From Tubulanus polymorphus (lineage: Eukaryota > Animalia > Nemertea), in NCBI RefSeq assembly GCF_964204645.1, contig NC_134031.1, positions 8,184,001 to 8,248,000 of the forward strand: a stretch of 64,000 nucleotides of DNA. The letters are read 5' to 3'. The translations under genes were made by a program, and so were the position numbers. Every line of letters starts with the position of its first letter. Positions within the stretch are counted from its first letter, which is position 1. The notes beneath the pieces were generated by a model. It searched no databases. It was given only the letters and a program-made list of their open reading frames with translations, and had not been told where the DNA came from. Of this stretch, positions 28,890 to 43,600 are shown one piece after another.

Positions 28890-31356
28890 TGTATTATAAA
28901 GCAGACAACTGATTGCTAGTTCGCGTTATGTCTTTGAACTGCTAGACTGCATTCAAGTATAATATAATTAATTAATGCAGTTAATGGCGAATTGCCACAG
29001 GTCAGAAAATTGGAAACAAAAAGTTTAGTAAATGCGACAAAAAAAACTATCGCCGATACTCGAAGTCAAGAAAATGAACAGTTAAAAAGTCTTTTTCTGC
29101 GGAAATTCATTCATACATGTATTTTGTCCAGGATTGTACAAATAAACTACACAATGTAAAGTTGCTAGGAAGCGTAGAATTGGGGCCTATATTTTGTTGT
29201 TTGAACAATAATAGTATTGAGAATTTTCAATGGCAAACATTCCACTTCAATTGAACCCTTGTCTCAGCTTTAACGACTGTTACCCAGAAACGTGTTCTGA
29301 TATAAACAATCTAGCGCATACCATATATGGAATATATCTTAAACGCTCGACCACAGACGGGCGACTTTTGATAAAAATTAGAGAAGTGTGTCTATAACGG
29401 AAAATCAATTACTCCAATGCCAATTCTAAGATATACAAACATAATATTTTACGAAAAAAGATTTTGATCAAAATTTTTGTCAGGTTCAAGTTAGATCTAA
29501 CCTGATTCACACAATATATAGGACCTCATCGAAGTGACTAACCCCATAGATGCATGTAGCCTATAGCTAAAAATGAGAATCACAAAATTTGTTTTTTTCA
29601 CAACCCTAACATCTGGTTATAGAAAAAAAAAACACTCAGCAGAATGGTTAAAACAGCTGAAATGAATGTAAAATATATAGCTGCCTATATATGTTCAGTT
29701 CTCAAGAGAAGAACAAATGAAATGGTTACCAAGGCAATATGCAGTGCTTCATAATGAGTGTAAGATAAAATCAATAAATGAATTGATCAAATTCAGGTTT
29801 TTATAAATCGGCTTTGTACAAAATGTACAATAAAATGAAATTGCGCAATATTTTCACGATATAATAATCTCGCCAGTACCGCAGTAGTTTCTTCAAATTA
29901 AAGGACAATCTATACAATATGTAGGCTGCTCCTTATAGTTTCACAAAACTGTCACTCATAATCAAGCAACTATGGTATCAATAATTGATACTTGCAGCAG
30001 GCCAACTAAAGTTGAAGTGCTTCCAAATCTAATTCAGAATAATTTCAAAATACAAATCAACTCATCCTAAATGGTTTTACGAATGTATGGCCTAACCCCT
30101 CATCTAACCCCCCACCTGACCCCTATGAACATATCAGATAGGCCTAAAACGATTCTCCTTGTTTGCTTTAGCCATAACTCAAACCACAATTCAAGATATC
30201 TAGGCCTAGGCCTATTTGAAAATCATTTCATTTTGAAGCATCATATAGGCCTAGGCCTACAGAGCATTGTTTTTTTCCATTGAAACACTTATCAAGGCGA
30301 TTAGTACTGGCTACGAGCAATCATTTGCTCGTAGGTACTCTGGTAAGCAGAATTGGATGTAGTCAATTGATTTTTTAAAGACGCCAGCCATATAAACCAA
30401 ATTGACTTAGGGCCCACATTATAAAACATAAAGCTTACAAACAGCAAGATAAAAAAATGTTGTGTTATTTTTTACATTTTTAAACCAAGCCCTAAGCGCA
30501 CATTCAGTGAAGCATATAGGCCTAGTGACAAATGACACATAGATTTTTATACTTTTTTACCCAGGTAATCAAAATTGAGGCCTTGCTTATTTGAGGCCTA
30601 TTGCTGGTTTATCAATAGCCATACTTTTTCTCAAAACTCATCTGGCCATCATCATGAATCTTATTGGTTAACTTAGGTGAGCCCTAAGACCTATGCTTCA
30701 TAGAGATATAACCACAAAAGGATCAAGAAAGCAGGTTTCGATAGGTCACCAATTCAATGAGCATACCAGTTCTTCTAGTATGTTCATTTCAACCAGGGAG
30801 AACTAATAGTAAGCTCATTTATTAATCTGTGAAGAGTATTTATTCCGGATTTGATATTCTTAAATTGGAATACTATCAATCCAAACCTGCCTGAAAACTG
30901 AGGTAGCTATTTTCTCTTTTGACAACCTGATTCATTTCAAACCTGTACCTGCCTGGTACGACCGGTGGTACTGTAGGCCTATCTGTAGGTATTATAATAC
31001 TTTTTAATAGCCATAGCCAGCTCTGAAAAACTTTTTTGGCAATTTGGTACAAAATCGATGGTTCAACTGCACCTGACAAATATTTTTGGAGTCATGTTAA
31101 GAGTAAGACCTTAATCTCTATGCGAATAATAGCTAGGCCTAGAGCTGTACATCTCTATGTAAAACAGATTAGGGAATAAAATACATTTGAATTTATCATG
31201 ATTCTGACTTCAGTTCGTTAAACTTTCATAGTAAAAGCGAACGAATGAATCTAACACGAGTTTTGTCAACACCAATCACCGAACAATCACAGTTTAACGA
31301 AACACACGGAATATAATTACAAGTTTAACTTTTGAAAATTCTTTTGATTTATCTAC

Positions 31357-31608
31357 CTTTCGTCGAAAACGCTCACTACTGCCCAAAATCTGACAACTCT
31401 CGCGCGAAGTCTCGCGACTCAATAGCCCGATCGGTGTATACCGTTTCCGAACTAGTACTAACCTTCGATGTTGCGCGTTCCGATTGGTCAATCGAATATC
31501 TACGTCGCGTAGCAACGACGCCATGTTTAAAAGACGCTGAATATTATTTCCGGGTTTGAAATCAACTCGACTCTGAACAACGGGACGTTTTTTAAAAAAG
31601 TCACAAAA
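31357..31608. promoter_or_regulatory. CpG-rich LRRC23 promoter region, possibly bidirectional
   Basis: Directly upstream of the LRRC23 ATG. Contains TCTCGCGCGA (31398) and TCTCGCGACT (31410) CGCG-type elements, an inverted CCAAT box (31483-31487), X-box-like GTCGCGTAGCAAC (31504-31516) and a minus-strand donor AAG|GTAGAT at 31357/31356. Confidence 0.6.
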
Positions 31609-34600
31609 ATGTCAGATCAAGAAGAAGAGACCGTGACGGGAACCGAAGAGGAAGAGGCTGCAGTTGAAGAACAGCAAGAAGAAGTCGAAGAAGAAGGGGA
31701 AGAGGAAGAAAAAGTTGAAGAGGAGGAAGAAGAAGAAGAGGTACACTCACGCTTTTTTGCGACTCCTTCTTTCTATCTTTGAAGTTGAGTCTTAACTCTG
31801 TAGCGTAAAGTATTTCTGTGATATTTTGAATTTAGTTGCAGTTTGAATTTTATCGCCGTTCTCACGAGATTATAAACAACCCGCGACTAAAATCCAAGCC
31901 AGTTTATAACTACATCATCATTCGTTTAGTGTCTATATAACCCGTATGCGCACTGCCACTAGAGGGCTTCTTGAATCAGACACATGTTTTTACTAAATAA
32001 ATGAAATACGTAGTGGATATTTTACTGTATACGGCAGAGCATTTATTTCCACAATTTTACCGTACATTGTCGCTGATTGGCGCATTTACGCGCAGGTGCG
32101 CAACTTCAAGGAAAGTGTTGAGATTAGAGTTAGAGAAAACAGAGCGGATAGAGCGAGACTTGAACCGGGGCTAGTAAATTACTAGTGCAGCATCATACCA
32201 CCAGACCACCGAGCTTCCTGAAAACCCACCAAATGTTTTAACTACATAGCACTCAAGCTTACCCTAACCCTATCCCTAGGGGGTAAAACGGACTGGAACA
32301 CCTAACACTTGAAAATCGATTTTATTATGAATCAAACTTAGTTTTCCATTTCTTTTTCTAGAAAATACCAGAAAACCCATTGACACCTGAAATGGTGGCA
32401 GAATCTTTGACGCTATTGTGTAAGATTGGTGATGGTCTCTCTCATGCATATGTACGTGTTGATCTACATGATAGGTAATTCAGTCTCTATATTCCTCAAA
32501 ATTCTGGTTCAAGTCCAATTCAGTAAGGTAAGCTTAAGTCGGATTGCTTCGAATGTAAAGATACAACCATCCGTCAGTTCCTGTAGTCCTGGGCCATTTG
32601 GGAATGACATGCAAAATATACATGTACAATTATGGCGGATTCTATTGTTTGGTCCAATTGGGAAAACAACATAGGGCCTACATTTTTTTCGTATCTTCTC
32701 GGCTCACCAGTTCTATAGCCCTTATTATAGTTAGTTATAGGCTCAATGATTTCTAGGGTGTGTTAACCATGAATGTTGAATATGGAAATTGCGAGATTGT
32801 TCAGCATGTCCAGGGACACCAAGTGTGCTTTTTGCTATTCTAAATTCTTACTTGATTTCGTATTTTATCATATTCATAAATAATATTATATTATATTCAG
32901 GCCTGTAGGCCTGTAGAAAAATCAGCATGGAAAGTATGTATGTTGCCCCTATTTACTGTGAAAATAGCAAAAATTTCCCAATACGTATAACTCGCATATG
33001 AATAATTTGGACTAAGAATTACAGTCCCAAGCAATCCGATTTAGATGTATACTCTACTGTATAGCCCCATTTCACAATGGAATTAAATTACAGTAGACTC
33101 GTCCTTACTCGGTTAACCACTCAAGTTAAGCAATTTTACTAAAATCTATTGGGTAAAACATTAATTCCCCTGATCCAACGCGTTGAGATGAACAGTCTCA
33201 ACGCTATCAAGTAAGGTGGAGTCTTGTGTAGCAGCAGAATAAGCATTTTCTGGCAGTTATACATGAGTTGTATATCTGCATGGTTACATTTAAATGAATT
33301 AGACCTACTAGTTAAATCAAAATCTTCTTTTACAGAGAATTGTCAGATATCAAAATACTTGAAAAGTACATTCATCTACGATTCGTGGATGTTAGCCGCA
33401 ATCGGTTAAAAGATATTAGCTCTTTGAATTCACTGACACATTTGCTGACACTCAAAGCTGATGAAAATCTGCTAACTACCGCACAATTAGAAGAAATGCC
33501 ATATTTACAGGTACTGTACTCTGAACGAACTTCGGTTTTCCTAATGTAAAGTTGAATATTTTGCAACTGCCCGCTAGTTGACAAACTACAAGAACTGAAG
33601 TTTGCCAAAGTCCCTTTTCATGAAGAAATGTAGTAGAAAATATAGGCCCTAAGTGTTATTTGGCTTTATTTTCTTTGCTCTACTTCATATATCAACTGTT
33701 GAAATTCAATTTACATTCATTTTTTAGAAGGTTTTTAACATCTGGTAGATTTTATCATGTACTTGTTCTTCTTAGGTTGCAAGTTTTAACAATAATAAGA
33801 TCATGAGTACTGAAGGAATAACGCACCCACTGATAGAGCAAATAAGTCTTAATTGTAAGTTTGTGATGAAGCTGAATTTTGTTTGTTAAAACGAATATCA
33901 TTTTTGCTTTTTCTGTTAAACAATGGTGTTTATCTGGTTTAATTAATGTTATGGTAGTATACAAAAATCAGTGAAAAGTCTAGGCTAATGTTTGATGACT
34001 AAAATGTGCCACACAAGGCTTGATTTACACAATTATACAGAGTATCTTCTAGGATCAGACATCCTTCATTGCCAGTATCCTGCCGCATCAAAGTTTGGTA
34101 TGCAAGTTTGTATTTGATTTTTAAGTTTCCAAAGAAAACATAGGAAAGAATTAGATTGAATATTTTCTAATGGAAACAGCATAAATTTCTTCTGTCCTGT
34201 TGGGATAGTTTCATTTCAAATTTTAAGTAGAACCAACAAAATATAGTGCCCTCAGGATACTGCCAAAATCCAGCCCTAATATTACAAACCGGTACATAAT
34301 ACATGTAGGCTATCTAGAATCAAATAATTGCCTATCCCTTCATTCATTTGTTCTTATTTAAGGCCTATGACCCTTAGTACAAGCTAGTGTCTTAGCATAG
34401 TTGAATGTCTTATAATCGTTTTAGTTAATGAAATAAAGAAAGTGGAATATCTTGATGGTGACAAATTAGCTCGATTACACACACTCGAACTGAGAGGCAA
34501 CAAATTAGAAACAACGGATGGCATCTTTTTACCTAATCTCAGAAATCTTTTTTTGGTAAGTTATGTAGAAAAAAGTTTATAACTTATACGATTGGCTCTC

Positions 34601-36752
34601 CATCTTTAATTTGAAGTGTATTGATTCATCTGGATAATCAGAATTCTGGTTTGAAAATTATGACAGAAGGGCTGTAAAATATATTTGAATAAGATCATAA
34701 TTCATAAATTGATCTGGAAAGTGGGTTTCTGTAATGTTTCAGTTTATTCCATTTATAGGCTCAGAACACGATCAAAACAATTGAGGGTATGGAGCATTTG
34801 ACACATCTTACTACATTACATTTGAGAGAAAACCAGATTGAAAAATTGGATGGTTTTACGGATAGTTTAGTTAATTTACAGTATATAAATCTAAGGTAAA
34901 CAGGTACTACTGAATAGTTATCAGTGCGTGGACTGACAGCCACTTTTCTTGGTAACAAATGCAAGTCAAACTCCTCTGTCTTGTAGATAACATTCATGAT
35001 AAATGGTAAAAATTGAGCCATACCAGTATCTACTGGTAGTGTATTATCAGACCTTCTGACCGATCAGGAGTGAGACCCTTAATGTAGACTCTCGGATCAT
35101 TCTGCAGCCATCTATCCTGCGATTCTCATAGTGATGTCAGTTTTGCAATTTTTTTCTATATTGATGTATAATGTACATTGTATACTACAGTAGAATCCGC
35201 TTAATTCGGATAATTTTGGACCAAAAAAATTCATCCGGTTTACGGGAAATCCAGATTTAAAGTCATTTTCTTGCGTATTAATGAGCAAATGAACCGCAAA
35301 TATGACCAAAATCCCGATTAAGCCTATCCGGATTAAGCAGGTTTGACTGTATTTCTAGTCAGTCTACATGCATGAGCGCTAATCAATTTTCAAAAATGCT
35401 AACTGTCCTTGAAAATACAGCCAACTTGAGTAATCCATTTCTCATTTTCTATTGAAAATGAACAAGACAGTGTCCATGAAACTTCTTTTTTGTTTCCTTA
35501 GTACATATCTTATTTTCCTTATTTCATTACACTACTTACCATCCCGCAACTCGTGAATCTCAGAATTTGTGATGGTCAATCATTTTTTTTTTTCAGAGGC
35601 AACAATATAACAGATGTAAAGGAGACGCAGAAGTTACAATGTCTGCCAATGTTACGAGCATTGGCTCTGTCCGAGAACCCAATATCTGAAGAGGACGACT
35701 ACCGTATGGAGGTTCTGATTGCTCTGCGTAAACTCGAACGTCTCGATAAAGATGAATACACGGATGATGAACGACAAGAAGCAGAGGACATCTATGAACA
35801 GCGTCGGGCTGAACAGTTAGCAGCAGAGGTGTGATTTCATCCAACAACATCAGCTTTTAGCCTACACTTATAATCATACTGACATTCTAACACTTCACCG
35901 CCATTGGATTTGGACTGAAATTTCATGCACGAGGACTTTTTACACAACCTAAGCATTACAATAACACTTTACACACTCACTTTATTTAATGCATGCATCA
36001 TTTTTCATATTTTGAATTGAATATTCAACTACGGAGTAGTTCAAATGCTAATGACACGTGTTTAATGTAACTTTCCACTGACTCTTCAATTTCTTCCAAG
36101 TTTCTTAAGAAACTACTAATACCAACAGTGACATGATGTATCTTTCAACCCTTTCTATGCTGACTACTCACCACCAGAAAGTGCTGGAGATAATTTGAAA
36201 ATGTTTAAAAATTCTGGTGTGTTGAATGACAGGCCATACCGCTATAGCCGCGGTGTGGTGTTTGTTAGTTACTAATATTTCCACTATTTAACACGCACTG
36301 CCATCTTTAAATGGATAAAAACTTATAACTAATAACATCAATACACTGAGATGTGGTGTACTAACGGTCTAGCAACGATTTATTCATTGCAGTGCGGTGT
36401 AGGTGCACTGAAAGGGTTAAAACTTTCATCTATCATACTGCAAATGCCTTGCATGCTGTAACTGATAACTAACTTTTTGCATGTTAACATTTTAAACTTT
36501 ATTTATAGAGTATCTTCTTACCTCCGTAAATTTTCGAAAGTTCCTTCTATGGAGACCGTGAGCAAGTAGTGTCAAGCATCATTTTTCTCTTTTTAAGATA
36601 AATAGCTCCTTGAATAGTTGTTTCAACAAAAACTGTTTTAATTGATGAAATCTTTTCTGTGAATTGCCATGGACTGCTATGTGTTATATTTGCAGGGTGC
36701 TGAAGAAGTGATTGGATCAGATGTTGATGGGGAGGATGATGAACAGGATTAA
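31609..36752 (+). CDS. LRRC23: Leucine-rich repeat-containing protein 23 (motile cilia / radial spoke associated), complete, 351 aa
   Basis: Eight phase-consistent GT-AG exons: 31609-31740, 32362-32474, 33336-33510, 33776-33854, 34425-34555, 34759-34895, 35597-35828, 36696-36752 (1056 nt including TAA). Glu-rich N-terminus, the LRRC23-type motif LTLLCKIGDGLSHAYVRVDL, SDS22-like LRRs (LHTLELRGNKL, LTTLHLRENQI) and an LRR cap (LSENPISEEDDYRMEVLIALRKLERLDKDEY). Confidence 0.93.
35188..35349. mobile_element. Tc1/mariner-pogo-like MITE in LRRC23 intron 6
   Basis: TA|CAGT...ACTG|TA termini with imperfect TIR (GCTTAATTCGGATA / TATCCGGATTAAGC). Confidence 0.65.
36149..36416. mobile_element. piggyBac-like MITE in the last LRRC23 intron
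   Basis: TIR CCCTTTCTATGC / GCACTGAAAGGG, flanked by TCAA and TTAA. Confidence 0.6.
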
Positions 36753-38074
36753 TTTACACTAGTACTGTTTGTAGTGAAATTAAACAATATGAAATAATCC
36801 GTCCACTTGCCATTTTTGTAATATATTTAATTTACGTCTTTGAAAAAATTAAAATCTAATATATATCTACAGTAGACTTGTTGATTTTTTTTAAATTTAA
36901 CTACGCATCATTCAAAAGCTGGCTCGGTTAGAAATGGCTTTATTAAAACTGTGCACGTCTACATGAAAACTGTGATCTCCACTTTATTTGGCAGCATTTG
37001 AGACTACTAGTATTTCACCAAGTTGGCTAAATAGAAATTTTATCCAAATGAATTGGCAGAAAATGCAGCGACTACAGTGGTTTTACTGAGTTGACCGGTA
37101 CCAAGTAAGGCAAATCTATCGCAAAATCGTTGGAACTGGTTTTTATGTAGAAGCACAGCTTGAGTAAAAATAAAAATCTTGGATCTGCTTGGAACGGGAT
37201 TAGTATTTGTAAATGCAGTAATGGTTTGGTATAATGCACAAGTTATCCAATCTATCTTATTTTCTGTTCAATACCAATCAATGGCCCCCATGAAGTGGTT
37301 CCTTTCCCCTCTCCCTAAGAGTTAACATACTTTTTGAGCGCTCCCTTAACTGACCCCTCTGATACCCTCAACATTTATCTAACTCAAAAAACTGTATTTC
37401 TATAAAAACTTTTTACAATTTATTCTTTCTTATGTTATTCTAATTTTCAAAGGCACATTGTATATAAACTGATCACTCAAAAAGTGAACATCACTCCAGT
37501 ACAAATAAATATCCAGAAACATTAGTGAAATAATAAGCATATGAATTGATTCAAATTCCAATATTTTCATCTTGCATGTTCATTTACAATGCATATCTAG
37601 GTACATTCAAAGCTCGTTATAATGGTAGATTGGGCATAATAGTAATATAATACAGCATAATCACCTGTGGAGTCAATTTGGTCACAGTTGCAGTTACTTA
37701 TGAAAAGTATAGTGAAAGATAATATACCGGTACTACAGCAAATTTGATTTCGATGGAAGAGAACATATGAGAAACACTTTAAAAAGGTTAAAATCACCGC
37801 TTTCTTCTAGATGACAGACTTTGAAATCATTGAACTATGTACCCTCTGTGCGGCAGATAGTGATGGTTAATGTATAATGAGAGTATTCTCTATACACTTG
37901 TAGTCATACGGTCTTGGATATTCCATGGTAGATGGTGTTATAACGGGATTAAGATACAGGATCTAATACCAGACAAAATGGAGTCAATTTGGCTCAAAAG
38001 CGGATGGACACGGGTGGTGGTATAATCTTCGATTCCTTGGTTATTGAACTCAACTCCCACATAACTTGGCGTTA

Positions 38075-38749
38075 CAGTAGACTCCTCTCAACTCAAATCC
38101 TATTAAGTTGAAAATCCGTTCAACTGAGCATATGTTGAAATTTTTAACTGTCTCCTATGTTAAACCGTACATTTAAATTCACTCTACTCGAAATTGCTCA
38201 ACTCGAATATTCGTTCAACTCGAACTAATTTTTTGCCAAAATTACGTTCAAACTTCTCTCAACTCGAAATATCTGAACGACCTCCCGGCAGCAAACACAA
38301 TTATCGATTAACAACACGTATGGGTTTACTGCTATAATTAGTAGGTTACCGTAGAACGCTCCACGCAACAATTAGATACATGTACATCGTTCACAAAGAC
38401 ATGCGCTCATCCAGTACGTACATAAACTCAAGCACGTTTATTGATTTCTACTTTTTCACGCCAAAATAATACACAGTACATGTAATTCAAGCTGCCGTTT
38501 ATGATCGTTCATTTTTCATCACACCAAGTAAATTCTTTGGAGGTAAAAAATGAGTCAAAACACGCTTTATTTTAATGGAATTGTTTTAAAATTTAGCATC
38601 TAACAAACCATGAAGAATACTGAATCGTTCATTGAGGTTTAATTTCTTAACAATTTTTGGCCAATTTCGTAAAAATCCCAGCTCGAATTCCGCTTAACTC
38701 GTTGATTTTTTTCTGGTCCCAATGAATTCGAGTTGAGCGGAGTCTACTG
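38075..38749. mobile_element. Tc1/mariner-pogo-like MITE
   Basis: TA|CAGTAGACTCCTCTCAACTC ... GAGTTGAGCGGAGTCTACTG|TA, with repeated CAACTCGAA subterminal motifs. Confidence 0.8.
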
Positions 38750-38895
38750 TACTAAGATTTCCTTGAACGGAACACAGAATACCGTGGTCTAAGAAAATCG
38801 ATGGATGACAAGTGATCACATAATTCATGAAATAATAAAGAAAGAGAAGAACTGTTAAATTTACATACACTACCAGCTATATGTATATATATGTA

Positions 38896-39146
38896 CAGTA
38901 AACCACGTGCAAGTCGGGTCTAGATTGGATACAAGAAGTTGGAGAGAACTTCTTTGGTCTGATAATTGCTCAAAGATTTTCTTGTCATTTTTTGTTAAAT
39001 TTCTGTATTTAAGTTGGTAACTCGCCTAAAGTCGTAGTATTTTTAGGGTCACAATAATCTGCAGTTTTGATTCAAAAGCTTTAAAATCTGCCGTTCTCAG
39101 TCAGGAGAAAATCTGCCAGTCCTAAAAACTTGCAGATGGTTTACAG
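38896..39146. mobile_element. Tc1/mariner-like MITE
   Basis: TA|CAGTAAACCACGTGCAAGT ... ACTTGCAGATGGTTTACAG|TA. Confidence 0.6.
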
Positions 39147-40696
39147 TAGGCGCATTCAACATATGGCAAAAATGTAGATTGTATAACTGGATGAAAGAAG
39201 AAAGTAAAGCGTATACATTTTAAAGAAATTAGTCTTCGATAAGTTTTGCACACAAACATTAAATATATATCAAAACTAAATTAAGCCTGCTTATCATAAT
39301 CAGCAGCAAAAACTTCTCTCATAAGCTATGTGTACATTGTAGTTTCAATCTCTGAGGAGTAAATGTACACATCACTGGCACAGTTCACGAAAAAAAGAAA
39401 ATGCCTGTTTAGGAGAAACAACAATTCAGCAACAGAATAACCGCAAATGATACAACACCACATGTAGTATTGTACCACGCAGCGTAAACAGATAATATGT
39501 GAAAACCAAGTGAGCAGTGTTATCTACGGTATGTCATACCATCCTCGCTTGCCAGGGTTTGATTGCCTCCCGCTGAAGCTCTTGCCAACACAAACCCTGG
39601 TCGCCTATATCTAGTCTATATTTCTAGCCAATATTTAGACTTATTAACAGAATTGTATTAATTGAGGCTTGTATACAGCCTCTTCTTGGAGGGTGCGAAA
39701 TTCATTTTCCAGCAATTGCAAGTGCTACCCCGATGGACCACCTGGCTACAAACCTAAAACTGTTAAATCAAAATTCCAAACATTAATCTGGCGATGACCT
39801 TTAATCTGAATGAGTTGGCACCAGTGAAATAAATCCGGTTCATGAGAATTCTGATAAGAACATCAAGTTTTACATACATTAATAATTATTGGAGGACCCT
39901 AAATTAGGCCTATATCCGTATTAGATCAAAATCTGGATTGAACGGAACCTGATTAATCGGGTTTTACTGTACCCTGAATGCAATCTCGTCATCACTAGAT
40001 TAAACTATATCTAACAACATACCCCATGGTGACAGCTGATATCAATGTCCTTTTTCCTAAAAATTCCTGCACTGATGCAGATGGGGTACAGCGGTCCAGT
40101 TATCAAGAGGTAAAAGTTATTTGATTTTTCATTCCGGTGACGGATACAATATATGTTGATGTAAATACAATCGGTAGGCAAAATGATGCTAAATCACTCA
40201 ATATCATATTTAGTAGCAAATATAAACCGCATAAACTTGCTTAAATTCGGTTTTACAAATAATTAATGGGCCTGCCATTTTTTTTTCAACATAAAACTAA
40301 CGTGCCAGCACATAACATTGCAAGGTACATGTAGATGTATATTAATATCAAATAATGAGTCTACATGACCTAAATAATTGATACAGAGAAACTTGCTTCA
40401 TTTCTACACTAAAACTAGTGAATATCTTATAATACACAAACCTTAAATATAATAATAATAAATTATACCAAACCCTTTCTAAGCTACATTACATCATTCA
40501 GTACCATACAGAGTACCAGGTTTCAGAGGTAGGTTTAATTACATTCATTCAATTCCAAACAATTACTGAATCTTAAGACCGTGAAACCGAAGTATTTTGT
40601 ACAAAAAAACCCAATCAGTTTTGGAATGTTGCATACTTGAAATGATTTGTCCCCTAGATGAAATAAATGCATACGCAACGTTTTCAGAGCAAGGCT

Positions 40697-43600
40697 TCAA
40701 CTCTGGTGAGATGCATTGATTTTGTGTTGTATATTCTTGAAAACGGTAGCTGTTTCCTGTAATAAAGATTCGAATATTGAATCCGCAAGCTGCATTTTTA
40801 CAGCTAGTTCATCATCGTCATAGTTCACCCAATCAGGCTCCTCTTCCTGCAATTCCTGAACTAATATGTCATCGACTTGGTCCTTCTTTTTACGTGCACT
40901 CCACTTGTTTGATTTTAACTCGCGACCACCTTCTTTAAGTCCGACTAAACTAAGCACTTCTTCCTCCATGATTTCTTTCAGTTTGTCAGACGTTGTTGGT
41001 GGATTTTTGCCATAATACAACTTTTTGCGGAACTGAAATTGGATGATCAGAGATCATATACAATCTTTATTTACAGGTACTTATCAACACTTTTGACTGC
41101 CGAGTGCAAGAGCGAGAATGCTCGGGCTGGCAAAATTAAGTTTTATTTAAATCTTTTATTACTCAGTTCTGCCAGGTATCAATTCAACATGGAACTAAAC
41201 AACTACAATGTGCAGTTACATTGTCTGAAAAGCTACGTCATGACCTCGAGTGCCAGTATTTACTTCTTTTGATACTGGACATGTTCAATTCAATAAATGA
41301 TGGGCACGGAAGATCCAAGTTTTCCTTCTCCATGAGCACGGCTTAGTACCAACACGGTCACCTCGAGGAAAGGAGCTCAAAGGGAAAAGAAATGCCATTA
41401 CCAATGGTTTGGAAAAACCAACAAATTAAGCGGACAAATCATTTATTTGCCTATGTCATTGACGAATATGCATTTTGCTAAGTTGTGCAGTCCAGATAAA
41501 TCGTCGTTTTTATATCCATTTTACACTGTTGAGAAGGACTGATGAATATTCTCGAAAATTGAGCTTTAAATTGGCGAGAAAGACCGCCATTTTGTTCGTT
41601 TATGCTTATTTCTTTAAGCAAATGAGGCATTGCACACATTTTCTCAATTTTCGAGAATATTCATCAATCCTTCAACTCGGTACAAAATGGATATAAAAAC
41701 GATGATTTTTCTGGACTGCACAACTCTACTGATTCAATTAAGACCTATTTGTGGTATGCAAACCCAAAATTAAGCGAAATATCCCAAAAAGATCGTGGAC
41801 AATCAAAAATAAATAGACTTTAGATGGATGAAAGCATTAATCTACTGGCAAATGTAAGCCTGTAGAAGCTGCCATTTTTCCATCATGTGACTGAATATAA
41901 ACATTCATCGGCAGATGGATTTTACAATTGCAAATGCCTTTCGGGGAAGTGGACATAACAGCGAATCATCCGCTATGAATGTTACTAACATGTTTGAATT
42001 GGGCGAATGAAAAGTCAACATCGCAATACTGGAAAGACTACCATTTCGTACAATTCATTCGGCCAGATGATTCGCCGTTGAAATTCGCCTAGTGTATCTT
42101 TAACTGACCTGTTTTGGTTTAGCCCATGGTGGTGGCTCCACATCCTCCTCATCTCGGTACATTTCCTTAATGTATTCACCCACCAGATCGAATATAAGCT
42201 GTTTATAAACCTTACAACTATTACTTTCTAGATCTAAACCTTCTTCTTCTTGCTCATAGAATTTTGCAGGCATCTCTACATCCTCCATAGATTCACCATA
42301 ACGGCGTTTTTCCCAGAATACATCCACTACCTGCAGTACAATAAATCATAAGATGTACATTTTGAGTGTGATCTCATAAAAACAAGTCTTCAACAATTTT
42401 TGGTGTTAATCCATGGATTTAGCCCATCACAAGTTTCAAGACAATTGCACATTATTTGAAGTTTGTAGAGTGTTACGAAAAATTCAAGACATCCACCTGC
42501 CTTGATAGCAACTTTGGGACAGCAAGATTGAGAAACTGATTTTCTAGGTTTGACCTAGCACCTTAATATACTGAACAACTTTCAACCATAATTGCAAATC
42601 AAAAACAGCAAAGGAACATTGCAGATGTTGAGCAATGATGGTCCACAGCATAAATGGCACGATAGAGACGCAAATATCGACGATAAATCCTTAGTTGACT
42701 GAAGCCGCTGTATTGGAAGGTGTCAATTTACAATATTATCTTAGATTCATTTTCTAACCAGTCCAATCCGATGCAATACGATCAGATGATATATTGCCTC
42801 CAATTGAAAGCACAAACTTAGGCGATGACACGACGAAACATACCGATAAAATTTTGAGACGATTATCGCAAAGGTGAGCAGTAGGCTTAAGATAGACAAT
42901 GGTATAGTTATTTGTGAATTGGTCCGATAAGTCACCTATTCCATTATTATTCAGTGGATATACCGTATTTTCCGGCTAATAAACCGATTTTCTAGCCTCG
43001 GATTTTTATCTCAAAATATCATGATCGGCTTATTGGACGGATACGATCTGACCTGAATAATTACTTCCCGAACTATGTTACTCTAATGCTCCTGAAGATC
43101 ATCAAAATCAATAAGAGTGTTCCATATTTATTTGAGGTCATTATTTTTTACTTTCAATAATCTATTTAGAACTTTTTTGTTACTTTGTTTCTTTCATCAC
43201 CTCACAGCGGCAATCTACTAGTACAGTACGCGCGTCAGCAGTCAGCGATGATAGTACACACAGCACTCTCACACATCGGCAGGCGCACATATTGTCAGCC
43301 TCATACATTGTCAATTAAGACAAACTAATTGACAAATCAGTGAATTAAAATCTCCTGATTGGGTGATGCATTAAGAAATCCATGTATTTTAGGCTAAAAA
43401 ACTGCCCTTGGCTTATTGGAAAATACGGTAGTTTTGAAGACATACCTGTGAAACTAATCCCCGAACTTCATTCTGCTTGTGGGGCACAGCATAAAATAGC
43501 TGTTCAGTTAACTTCTGCAACTCTAACGCACGCAGAGCAGCGGCAGGTGGTGTTCCCGGGTAAGGCGGTGGGGGATGATCGGGTACGGTGCGTTGACCCA

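Noticed and set aside
41538-41562. CTGATGA...GAAA inside the palindromic MITE
   Set aside because: The intervening ATATTCTC cannot form stem II and the mirror arm lacks the box.
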